Assembly: GCF_006345805.1 (NCBI RefSeq)
Contig: NC_043000.1
Location: 164,772,236-164,836,235 of the forward strand
Direction of reading: 5' to 3'
DNA length: 64,000 nt
Source: Octopus sinensis
Lineage: Eukaryota
The position numbers and the translations under genes were made by a program. The notes under the pieces were generated by a model, which worked only from the letters and a program-made list of their open reading frames with translations, was not told where the DNA came from and ran no database searches. Each line of letters starts with the position of its first letter. Positions within the stretch are counted from its first letter, which is position 1. This document shows, one piece after another, positions 52,548-64,000 of the stretch.

Positions 52548-54059
52548 ATGGAAAAGTGTGAGAAACGTAAAGAAATGGTTTCCTCTGAAATGAAAGAGAA
52601 AGGAAAATTGTCATATGACTGTGACATCTGTGAAAAGGTTTTCTCTCTCAAATGTAACCTAAATTCCCACAAACGTATTCATGCAGGAGAGAAGCCATAT
52701 CACTGTGATATTTGTGGTAAATCATTCTCTCAAAATATTCATTTAACTGGACACAGAAATATTCATACAGGAGACAAGCCATATCACTGTGGGATCTGTG
52801 GTATATCATTTTCTCAGTGTGCTACCTTAACTAAACACAAACGTATTCATACTGGAGAGAGGCCACATCATTGTGATATCTGTGGTAAATCATTCTCTCA
52901 AAGTACTCACTTGACTACACACATACGTATTCATACAGGAGAGAGGCCATATCATTGTGATATCTGTGGTAAATCATTCTCCGAACGTAATACCTTAGCA
53001 GCACACATACGTATTCATACAGGAGAGAAACCGTATCATTGTGATATTTGTGGTAAATCATTCACTCAAAATTGTACTTTAACTACACACAAGCGTATTC
53101 ACACAGGAGAGAAGCCATTTTACTGTGATATCTGTGGTATATCATTCACTGAAAATAGTGCCTTGGCAATCCACAAACGTATTCATACAGGAGAGAAACC
53201 ATATCAGTGTGATATCTGTGGTAAATCATTCTCCGAGCGTAATAACTTAGTAGCACACAAACGTATTCACACAGACGAGAAGCCATATCATTGTGATATT
53301 TGTGGTAAATCATTCTCTCAAAGTTATACTTTAAAGAAACACAAATGTATTCACACAGGGGAGAAACCATATCACTGTGATATCTGTCGTAAATCATTCT
53401 CTCAAAATAATGACTTAACAAAGCACATACGTACTCATACAGGAGAGAAGCCACATCATTGTGATATCTGTGGTAAATCATTCTCTGAACATAATAACTT
53501 AGCAGCACACAAACGTACTCATACTGGAGAGAAACCATATCATTGTGATACCTGTGGTAAATCATTCTCCGAACGTACTAGCTTAGCAGCACACAGACGT
53601 ATTCACACTGGGGAGATGCCATATCACTGTGATATCTGTGGTAAATCATTCTATCAAAATAGTGACTTAACAAAACACATACGTATTCATACAGGCGAGA
53701 AGCCATATCATTGTGATATCTGTGGTAAATCATTCTCTGCAAATAGTGCCTTGGCAATCCACACACGTATTCATACAAGAGAGAAGCCATATCATTGTGA
53801 TATTTGTGGTAAATCATTCTCTCAGAGTGCTGACTTAAAGAGACACAAACGTATTCATACAGGAGAGAAGCCATATCACTGTGATGTTTGTGGTAAATTA
53901 TTCTCTCGAAATGGTAACTTAAAGAAACACAACCGTGTCCACACAGGAGAGAAGCCATATCACTGTGATGTTTGTGGTAAATTATTCTATCAAAATAGTA
54001 ACTTAATGAGACACAAAATTATTCATACGAGGGAGGAAGGAAAAGGGCAGTTTTTGTAG
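52548..54059 (+). CDS. C2H2 zinc-finger protein, 17 tandem fingers, 503 aa, no evident effector domain
   Basis: 17 x 28-aa CX2CX12HX3H repeats with TGEKP linkers; intact ORF; acceptor TTTCAG ends at 52195; AATAAA at 54782. Confidence 0.95.
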   Translation: MEKCEKRKEMVSSEMKEKGKLSYDCDICEKVFSLKCNLNSHKRIHAGEKPYHCDICGKSFSQNIHLTGHRNIHTGDKPYHCGICGISFSQCATLTKHKRIHTGERPHHCDICGKSFSQSTHLTTHIRIHTGERPYHCDICGKSFSERNTLAAHIRIHTGEKPYHCDICGKSFTQNCTLTTHKRIHTGEKPFYCDICGISFTENSALAIHKRIHTGEKPYQCDICGKSFSERNNLVAHKRIHTDEKPYHCDICGKSFSQSYTLKKHKCIHTGEKPYHCDICRKSFSQNNDLTKHIRTHTGEKPHHCDICGKSFSEHNNLAAHKRTHTGEKPYHCDTCGKSFSERTSLAAHRRIHTGEMPYHCDICGKSFYQNSDLTKHIRIHTGEKPYHCDICGKSFSANSALAIHTRIHTREKPYHCDICGKSFSQSADLKRHKRIHTGEKPYHCDVCGKLFSRNGNLKKHNRVHTGEKPYHCDVCGKLFYQNSNLMRHKIIHTREEGKGQFL

Positions 54060-54883
54060 TTGAGATTTTTTGTGTTTTGTTTCAATATTCACCTCCCACT
54101 CATGTATTTACTTTCCCTGGTGTAAGGACCCCTTATACCAAATCTCCTGACAACCCTACACATTATTCTTTCTTGAATATCACATCCTGTAATTACAGAA
54201 TATTTCCTGTTTATTGTATTTTAAATGCTTCTCTCATTAATTATGTTACACAATAATTTACATTATTATTTTTTTATACTCAAGAATATTGTAAATTTGT
54301 CAAATATTGACGTAAACAGTGACACCCAAATACAAAACAGAACAGACCGCAAAGGAAGAACATAGGCATATGTGTAGTTTAGTGCCCCACACCCGACTGA
54401 ATCCTTGTTAGTTTCTTGATAATGGTTTCTTTGCAGAAATAGGTTTTCAAGTGTCCAAATTATTATGATTTCTCATTATCCTTTGTCAACTTTGTTTATA
54501 TTTACAAAATTTCAGACCCTGAACTTGTGATGTGTAAATTGTTTGTTCCTTAAAGGCATCATATCAATGTACCTTTTATAGGAATTATATCTGACAGCTA
54601 AATGTCGTTGGCTCCCTTTGTCTTTCTGTTTATTTTATGTTTAACCCTGAAAAGCTCTGTAACTTTGTGCTTTTCCAGAAGAATGAATTTCACGTTCCAA
54701 ATCTGCATCCAAAACAAAATCATCCATAAATAATAGTGAAAATTGATAATTATCATCTAAAAGAGGAAGTCATCCGTGGATAATAAAAATAAATATATAT
54801 TCTATAAGAAATAACTCAAGTTTTAGATCTGCTCTCTCTCTTTCACCATCAGCCTCTCTCTACTAATTACCACACTTTTTATA

Positions 54884-54938
<55 letters not shown>

Positions 54939-55729
54939 CTTTACTACCCACAAGGGGCTAAACACAGAGGAGACAAACAAGGACAGACAAACGGATTAAG
55001 TTGATTACATCGACCCCAGTGCGTAACTGGTACTTAATTTATCGATCCCGGAAGGATGAAAGGCAAAGTCGACCTCGGCGGAATTTGAACTCGGAACGTA
55101 ACGGCAGACGAAATACGGCAACGCATTTCGCCTGGCGTGCTAACGTTTCTGCCAGCTCGCTGCCTTCATATATATATATATTATCTCACACATTTCTTTA
55201 ATTTTGTTTTAAACTTTGTCTTCCATTTATCACAGCTATCATGTACATATCTTGTTTTCTGATTTGGAAAAATCACCAAGCTTTAAACCTCTGTAACAAG
55301 TTCTAAAATGTTTCGGGAATACATTAATCACAAACTGGGATTCAGTGTGAAAAAGTACATCAATATTCGAAGTTTGAACATTTTCAGTTACTTTTGAAGG
55401 TTCAAAATCCGTAGGGATAACAGTAAATGCCTCTCTATTTGTCTTACTTTTTCATTTCTCGCTAAAGAGAAGGAAAGAAAGAAGAAAAAATGTGTTTATA
55501 TCTATACAGTTGGTCAGTTCTTTTGATAGAAGATGACAAGTTGATTCTTGGTCTGTAAAAATGGCAAGACTAGGTGGTTACTGTAAGGTGGGGTCTGTTT
55601 TGATTAGGAATAATGAAAGTTATTTTTCAAAAAATTGTCTGGACTTATCATCATCATTGTCCAATGCTTGGTTCCCATGCTGGTATGGGTTGGAAAATCT
55701 GGATGCAAGAATATATACATACACACACT

Positions 55730-56300
55730 TATGCATATAGCTTATGGTTCCAGATGGGTTTATAAGGAAGTTGATGTGATTTGCATATTTTCAGCCATTG
55801 AGTTTGGAGGAGAATTTTGCTATGAAGTGTTGTTCCATATTTTTTCTGAAGAAGGTGTCATTCCTTGGGCATTTATAGAAGGGAAATGAGAAATGTATTA
55901 AACAAATACTGCATAAGAAACAGTAAACGCCAAGAGAAAAAGCTGAAAAACTAACTGACAAGAGCAAAATTCTCATCAGAGAACGAAACCGAATTCTTTG
56001 TGAAAGAATGTGGGATCTGCAATAACGCCATCTACAAATATATAGAGAGAAACAACCAAATAAAATTTAAGAGTGGACATACATTCAAAGCAAATGCAAA
56101 CATGAAATGCAAGACACAATTTAATATATTGCATAACCTGACCCACGTGCAAGACGAACTATATAGGTGAAACAGGTGATTCTTTATGCGAACGAGCCAG
56201 TATTCACCAACAACATATCCAACAGGGAGAGCTACAAAAAATTCTATTAAATAAACACTTAGAAACATGTGGACAAGGAAGATTCGAGATCTTTCACTTT
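55730..56300. mobile_element. Decayed Penelope GIY-YIG fragment with internal inversion
   Basis: Plus strand 55890-56300 gives FKANANMKC..LIYCI..YIGETG..HLETCGQGRFEIF; minus strand 55791-55888 continues FPFYKC..EQHFIAKF..KLN. Confidence 0.7.
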
Positions 56301-57085
56301 GGAAATATTTTTCTTTCACATCCCCTGGTGAGCTGGCCCAACCAAAGTAACCATCTGTTCTAGCCACCTACATAAAAATATATATTCTTTTCCTTTTCTC
56401 TTTGTCTCCTGTTCAAAATGCTTCCTTTCAGATATACAGTCACACACTCTCTCACTTCCTCCCTCCACTAAGTTATCTCAAGAACGTAGATATAGATGGA
56501 GTGATGTAAAATATAATGCGGGGAAGCTGTTATCAACAACTGTTGTATTTGTTTCCATGTACGAATAAATTTAGACTTATTGATTGGTGATGTTTTTGTT
56601 TCACATAGAAGAAATTTTGAGAGTAAACCATATTTCTGCATTCTGTGGGTGGCAAGTAAAGAGGGTGGCTTCAAGAAAGATCAACCAACTTTAAATTAAA
56701 ACCTAAAGACTAGAGCAACAACGAATGGATTAATTGTTAAAATATGGTTTGTTTTTCATATAAAATGGAAGAAAACTCGAAAAATACACAAAATTACTGT
56801 TTGAAAGGGATCTCACGTGATTTTAGAGACAACACCCAAGTGTTCTAAAATTTGTATAAAAATGAAGGACACTTTAAGAATGATCTGTGAAACACTGTCC
56901 TAAAGGTGGCCTCACTTCATGCTAGAAATAACAGTAACATTTGCATTCTTCTTCATAGAAAAGTGTAGCATAACTAAAAGTATTCTCCAATGAATTCATA
57001 CCATGCTAGATATAACAGCCAGTGGCTCACAATTGCGCATTGATTTTCATACAAAGTTGAGGACCCTTGAAGAAGCATCCCATAT

Positions 57086-57366
57086 GTGGTCATTCTTTAT
57101 GCTAGAAGCAATAAGCAAGTGACACGAAATTCACTACATCGTATAACAATTGAAGGACACATAAGGATTTATATATAAAATCAAACAAGAGATGTTCGTA
57201 TACCATGCTAGAAACACCAGCCAATGGCCTTTAAATTTTTGTTCTTTTTCATAGAAGAGTAAAGAACATTTTCAGAAGCATGGTTTTAATACTGATTTAA
57301 GTAGTGTAAAACCATGCTAGAAATACCAGTCAATGGCCCTGATATTTGCAACTAGGAAGGACATAG
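57086..57366. repeat. Right arm of inverted repeat, part of a degenerate tandem of TGCTAGAAA-containing units (~56900-57366)
   Basis: Reverse complement of 50109-50383. Confidence 0.9.
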
Positions 57367-57843
57367 AAATTAGCTGACCTCTTGACACCAATGTGGTTAG
57401 AAAAATGTAAGAAAAAGAGGACGTTTATTGACCATTGATAAGGAATTTGCAAGGCTATTACCCAAAATACACTTTCCAGCTGCAAACCTGTTATTATTGT
57501 AGCAACAGAATACATACCGACCCGCCTGGAGCAAAGTATGTCCAAATGTGGAATATTTGGGAAAGAATAGAAATCTTTCATCCAAACTCTACAAGTGATC
57601 ACGATATCTGGGACTAAAAACAGTTGGATGAAATGTCACTAAGCATTTTCGACCATCGTGACAATCATTCTGCCAGATCACTGCATTTTCACAGGCATCC
57701 GCTTCGATAAATAGATATAAAGATATCTAAATGCATAGAAGTACAATAGACTGATATGTGATAGCAATTATATTCCAAATTGAAAGCTTGTCTCTCTCTT
57801 TCTTCATATCTCTATCTCCCTATGCCTGTCTCTCTCTCTTTCC

Positions 57844-57883
<40 letters not shown>

Positions 57884-57892
57884 GTCTATTTA

Positions 57893-57924
<32 letters not shown>

Positions 57925-57968
57925 CATTTGTATATTTGAAAGGCAAAAACCACTAGGTGGTCAGCCGT

Positions 57969-58000
<32 letters not shown>

Positions 58001-59763
58001 GTAGTGGATCTTGCAAGTATGAAGTGGATTCGATCCACCATAATCAAATTTAAATTAAAACTGCAGCAGAACTTTTCCCACGGTGAAACAATGGTTTTTC
58101 TCTAACAGCAGTTTTTACATTTTCCAGATGCCCTTTAGTTCGGCCGAAATAATGTCTTTTCCCTTGACCCTTCCTAACCTATTCTACATCACCAAAAGCT
58201 AGAATAGAAATAACAAGACCACCAACTAAATCTATTGTTCTCAATGGTATGTCTATCCTTCGGCAAAAATACCCCAAGCAAAAATCAGTTAGTCACAGTC
58301 GGTGATGACTCAATGAGGTCTGGCTGACCAGCCTTGGTCAGAGGGAGAAATGAAGTTTACTGTCAGCAACTGTGAGAAAACGTCCCATACCCTACACATC
58401 TCACCAGCTCTAATTCTCTTCTCTTACAACATCATTCTGCCGATATCTGTAGATTACTACTAACTATTCGTATACGCCAAACTATGTAAAGAAGCGGTCT
58501 ACCCCATCAAACTTTACTTCGCATGCTTTTTATCTATTATAACCTGTTCATCAAGGCAAGGTATTGTAATGTAACGGTAAATAAAGATTTCCTTAAAACT
58601 TCCTGCATTGTTCATCTTTCACATCCTACGGTATGCGATTAGAACAACAAATTTTTAATCGTTGCATCTGCTGACTCCGATATTTTCATAATAATTTTTA
58701 CCAATCAATCTTACCCATAACAATTTTATTTATAATAGGCCACAAGTAGCTAAACACAGAGAGGACAAACAAGGACAGACAAGCGAATTAAGCCGTTTAC
58801 ATCGACCCCAGTGCGTAACTGGTACTTAATTTATCGACCCCGAAATGATGAAAGGCAAAGTCGACCTCGGCGGAATTTGAACTCAGAACGTAACGGCAGA
58901 TGAAATACGGCTATGCATTTCGCCCGGTGTGATAACGATTCTGCCAGCTCGCTGCTATATATTGTAGTTTCGGCTCAGAGCTGCGCCCATGCTGTGGCAC
59001 AGTCATTTAGCTACACTGTTATTACTGAGAGCCTCCTCTAGTATGTGGAACTTGCTGAAGAATGGATTTTGATGTCGCTGCCCTCATTTGCACCTCTTGA
59101 CGCGAGGTAGGTTCATCTGGGAATCTCTACAGGAAATGGTCTAGTTTTGATTTGAGAACACCTACATCTACTTTGTGCAGCTTCCTCAGGCTCTTTGGGA
59201 GAATATTAAAAATCTGCGAAACGCTTAGCAGTATTTCCAGTATTTCGTCTGTTTTCACGTTCTGAGTTCAAATTCCGCCGAAGTCAACTTTGCATTTCGG
59301 TGTCGATAAATTAAGTACCAGTTGCGTACTAGGATCGATCTAACCCTAACCCTTCCCAAATTTTCGGCCTTGTGCCTAGAGTAGAAAAGAAAAGACTTGA
59401 TTTCTCTCTAATTACCAGATGACGAAATAAAAACGATTATATAAAAGTGTGGATTTGTAAAGGAGAAACAGGAGAATAAGAATTGAAAAGTGGGTTTGTC
59501 GTTTACAGAGAGAGAGAGGGATAGAGAGAGATTAAGAGACTAAACGGTGGTGGAGAGAATTTGAAGTTATGCATATGATATGTGGGCCATGCGTTTTACT
59601 TTTTAAAGCATTGAGTTGTGGCGACGCTGGGGCTTAGCTTCGGTGGGTTTAATCAAGCATATAAACACCAATATTTTTTTAAAAGTCATATACATATTTC
59701 TACTCTAATTAGTCAATAATTACTAATTCATAGCATGTTTTTATAATGGAAATGATTTGCACA

Positions 59764-59794
<31 letters not shown>

Positions 59795-60279
59795 GAATAT
59801 GTACATACAAATGCTCTTATTTTCACATTTATGTTTATTTTCTCAAACCATTATATAACTATATGTATGTGTCCACCATTTTTATAAGAAGTAATACAAA
59901 AGTTGAACTAAAATATCTGAGGAAATTTAAAAGAAGAAAATTATACCTAATTATATCTGATGGAGTTATATATTTGAAGGAAAATGTTTAATTTCTAAGT
60001 CAATTTTACAGGAATGAAAAAAAAACTTTGTTTAATTCATATACTTCTATGCAATGTCGACAATAAATCTCTGCCTTCAGCTAAAAAACGGAAATATTTT
60101 ACATGATGTTTCAATTTTATGTTTATTAATGAAAAGTGCTAATTAATATCCTTGGATGCAGTAAATATGCCTCCATTTATCTTGCTTACTATATAGAAAC
60201 AGCATTATTATCATTTACAGAGTTGTAAAAACGGCACCGTATAACAAAACCATTCGCCCCGAAATATATATGTATGTAT

Positions 60280-63200
60280 ATATATAAAGTAAATCCAAAC
60301 AAGAAAACAAAAAAAAAACACAACAACGCAAGGACGTGGAACAAATAAAGTATTATTGGACGCTCAGGACAGAAGGGAAGAAGGAGGGTTTAACGTTTCA
60401 AGCGGAGCTCTTCGTCGGAAACATAGGAAAAGGAAAGATCCCGAGAAGGGAAGACAGAGGAAAAAATCGCCAGTGGTACTCAGGTCACACAATGAAAGAC
60501 GGAAGTAGTAAGGTAGAAGAATAATGTTTTTTAAAGACAGGAGAGTTTATCAAAGACAGTATGGTAACGAAAGTGAGAGGGGGAATGTGTGTGGGTGTGT
60601 GCGTGCAGGGAGGTCAGCGTGTGCGTGTGTGTGTGTATGTGTGCAATGATGACACGTGTGTGTGTGTATGTGTGTATGGCGAACAACTGGATAGTAGCAG
60701 GCCAGTATGTAAGAATTAAGGAGTGGTGTTTTTGGGTCCAGTCACAGGTCAAAAACAAAGAGGTATGTGTGTGTTTTGTTTGTAGTGTGTATGTGTAGAG
60801 TTTGTGTGTGGCGAGTAACTGTGCTTAACTTAGTGTATGTGTGCGTGTGTGTATATGTATGTATAATTGTGTGCGTGTATGTATAGTTGTGTGCCGTCTG
60901 TATGGGATGTATGTGTGGGTTCATTTGTGTGTGTGTATGTATGTATGTGCGTGAAGTTGTATGTGTGTGTGTAAGCGTATATGGATGTATATGCGTGTAT
61001 CCATGGGGTTGTGAGTTTTGCGTGTGTGCGCATGTTTTTGTGTGTGTCTGTGCTTATATGTGCGTACGTATGTGTATGTGTGCGTGCGCGTGTAGGTAAA
61101 TATTGTGTGTATGTATATGTGTCGGTGTGTATGTGAATTTGTGTGTGTGTACGTGCGTGGGAGTGAATGTATGTATATATGTGCGTGTGTGTACAAATGT
61201 AGGGGTTTATATGTGTGTATATGTATGTATGCAAGGATACACTTTATAATTGTAAGGTTGATGGAAAAAATTGGTGTGGGTGTATGTGAATCCACAGGCA
61301 CACGCATACACACACTGACGCACGCCTGCAATACAGCCAACCCCATATGCATGTATGTGTGTGTGTGTGTGTATGTTTGTGTGCGTATGTGTGTGTGTAT
61401 GCATGTATGTGTGTATGTGTGAGTATGTGTGTGTGTATGTATGTATGTGTGCATGCGTGTATGTGTGTGTGTATGTATGTATGTGTGTGTGTGTGTATGT
61501 ATGTATGTGTGTATGTGTATGTTTGTGTGTGTGTGTATGTATGTACGTATGTATTATGTATGTATGTGTGTGTACGTATGTATGTGTGTGTGTGTGTGAA
61601 TATATGCGTGTGTGTGTGGGGTTTCTTCTGGAGTTGTGTGGGCGTAATATACATGTGTGTGCGCTTACGTGCGTGTATGTGAGCGTGTCTCTGCTAGGTG
61701 TTTATAAGAGTGTGCGTATCTGTATGACTATTGTTTGTTGGTGTGTGTGCACGGGCATGTGGGGGTGTGTGGGTGTGTGTATAGGTGTGGAAGTATGTGT
61801 GCGTACATGTGCATGTAGGTTGTATGTGTGTGGTGTGTTGGAAGTAGGTGTGTTCGTGGATACGTGAGTATGTGTGTGTGTGTTTCTGTATAAGGACAAT
61901 AAAAAAAAAGAAGGGGTGAGGTGGAGTGTAGTCACTAAGAGGTGGGGGCTGTGTTGAGTCCGTGTGGGGTATTGGTTTGTAGAGTGAAAATGAAACGTTG
62001 CTCCAAGTGAAGCCTGGATTGTGGAGGACTGTTGTGTGAGGCGAGACCAAACACAGAGATGTCATCGGGGGAATGGCTGGCCGAGCGGAAGTGACGTGCG
62101 ATGGAAGAATTGGACCGTAGATGAATACCCCTTAGATGTTCGGCGAATCGGTCTGACAACCGGCGTCCCATCTGTCCTATATACAGCATTCCGCAGAGGT
62201 TGCATTTAATGCAGTTTATGAGACCAGACGAAGTACACGTAAAAGAATGTCTGATACGTACAGTTCGCTGGTTGGAACCGGTGACAGCGGTGGTGTTGGT
62301 GATGAAGGGGCAGGTGTTGCAGCGGGATCTGGAGCACCGGAAGGATCCGTGTGGGGCTGAGGGGGAAGAAGAGAGGGTGCTACGGACCAGGAAGTCGCGT
62401 AGATTCCGGGCTCGTTTGAAGGAGGACAGGGGCGGGTTGGGGAAAATGGGGCGGGTCGTGGGATCGAGCTGGAGGCGACGGAAGGCACGTAGTATCTTCC
62501 GACGAAGGGGTAGAGTAGAGGGGTGGAAAAAGAGGGGAAAGGGGGTGGGTGAGAGGAAGGAGAAAGGGCGGTGGTGCGGTCGATGCGACGGGCGCGGGCG
62601 AGGGCGTTCAAGACCAGTGTAGGTGGGTATCCTCGATGCCTGAACAGGCGGGCCAGGTATTGAGACTGGGTCTCGAAATCCTGGTCGCGGCTGCACAAGC
62701 GTCGGAGGCGGAGGAACTGGGAGTAGGGGATGGCCCGTTTGGTGTGGAAGGGATGGGAGGAGGAGAAGTTGAGATAGAGGTGGGAATCCGTGGGTTTGAA
62801 GAAGGCGGAGGTGGTGAGAGAGTGGGAGGGGTGGTCGATGCTGAGAGAGATATCAAGGAAGTTGACAGAGGTATTGGAGATGGTGGAAGTGAATTGTAGA
62901 GAGGGGTGGAAGCTGGAAAGGAAAGAGATGAAGTGGCAGAGTTGTTCGCGGGAAAGGGAGGTGGCGCCTATGCAGTCGTCTATGTAGCGACCGTATAGTT
63001 CTGGAGTCGGCCCGGAGAATTGGGAGAATACTTCGGCCTCAATGTAGCCAACAAAGAGATTGGCGAAATTGGGGCCCATTCTCGTTCCCATCGCGACCCT
63101 GGACATCTATTGGTACGTTTCCCCGGCGAACGTAAAACAGTTGAGGGTGAGGACGATCTCTGCCAGGCGGAGAGGGTGGGGCTGCTGGGGGTGGGGTCGG

Positions 63201-63285
63201 GACGACGGTCGAGGAAGTGTTGGAGGGCTAAGAGACCGTCGTTGTGGGGAATTACCGTATTCAGGGATTTTATATCTAAGGTGAA
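60280..63285 (-). mobile_element. Penelope-like retroelement, 5'-truncated, GC-rich ORF, long (AC)-rich 3' region and hammerhead tail
   Basis: VAMGTRMGP, YGRYIDD, FKPTDSH.YL and FTCTSSGLI.CIKC..C..LYIGQ.GRRL..RF.EH (61935-63280, frameshifted). Confidence 0.92.
60388..60422 (-). ncRNA. Minimal hammerhead motif (U4C variant) in PLE tail
   Basis: Minus strand: GTTT-CCGACGA-A-GAGC tcc GCTT-GAAA-CG-TT-AAAC; palindromic AACGTT in stem III. Confidence 0.65.
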
Positions 63286-63381
63286 GAGGAGGTGTGATCT
63301 TTGTATGTATATATGTATGTGTATATATACATACGTATATATTTATATATATATTTATACACACACACCACATATATATAT

Positions 63382-63460
<79 letters not shown>

Positions 63461-63482
63461 TATATAATATATATATATATAC

Positions 63483-63875
63483 GCAACAATAAATCTCTGA
63501 ACGTGGTATAAACAGTAACTACACGACAATGTGGGGTATATTGCCATGTCAATATGGCTAGCCACTAAGGGTGGGTGTTACTGTAGCTTGTAGCCCCAGC
63601 AGAACATCTCCTCCAGCTGGATATAGGCACACTTTCTGTGCCCTATCGGCATTTGCGTAGGGCGGTCATCCTTCTCTCGTTAACCTAAGTGATACGCACG
63701 GACTGCAGTTTCTGGGGTTTGACCCGTCATCAGCGTACTACAATCACCGGTTTTCAATGAAAGGAGTCCCAATGCAAATATTTATATCCTTTTTCCAGTA
63801 ACTTTTCATCACTGATCTTAAAAGTGTATATAAGCAACAATAAATCTCTGAACAAGGTATAGACACTACTGCACG

Positions 63876-63880
<5 letters not shown>
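63483..63880 (-). mobile_element. ~400-bp non-coding unit with ~48-bp terminal direct repeats and an internal hammerhead (retrozyme-like / solo PLE pseudo-LTR)
   Basis: GCAACAATAAATCTCTGAAC...CACGACAAT at 63483-63530 and 63834-63880 (period 351); embedded in (TA)n. Confidence 0.7.
63696..63738 (-). ncRNA. Type I hammerhead ribozyme, canonical GUC site
   Basis: Minus strand: GTACG-CTGATGA-CGGG tcaaac CCCA-GAAA-CTGCAG-TC-CGTGC. Confidence 0.88.
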
Positions 63881-63957
<77 letters not shown>

Positions 63958-64000
63958 CGGGAAGCTTTATGAAAATAAACAAAAGACGAAGGCAGGTGGA

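Noticed and set aside
53146-53958. Repetitive minus-strand ORFs ([10 protein letters not shown])
   Set aside because: Antisense shadow of the zinc-finger repeats.

Overview
Eukaryotic, AT-rich, repeat-dense animal DNA. It is most likely from a coleoid cephalopod (Octopus-like), inferred from the tandem C2H2 zinc-finger gene style and the mix of RTE, CR1, Dong/R4 and Penelope elements, SINEs and microsatellites. Only two host genes are supportable: the first coding exon of CCDC124 (31226-31384, +) and a single-coding-exon gene with 17 C2H2 fingers (52548-54059, +). The rest is mostly retroelements. Four observations stand out. (1) About a dozen type-I hammerhead ribozyme motifs, read by eye, lie in Penelope-like element tails, fold-back inverted repeats and a ~351-bp retrozyme-like unit; they include canonical CUGANGA/GAAA cores plus U3-A8 and U4C variants. 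(2) A polarised TTAGGG tract (7196-7544) is joined directly to a ~7-kb head-to-tail array of TAA-targeting Dong/R4 retrotransposons whose 3' ends all face the tract. (3) Long perfect palindromes occur at Penelope junctions. (4) A ~275-bp inverted repeat brackets the zinc-finger gene. All calls were made by inspection, without database searches, and boundaries are approximate.
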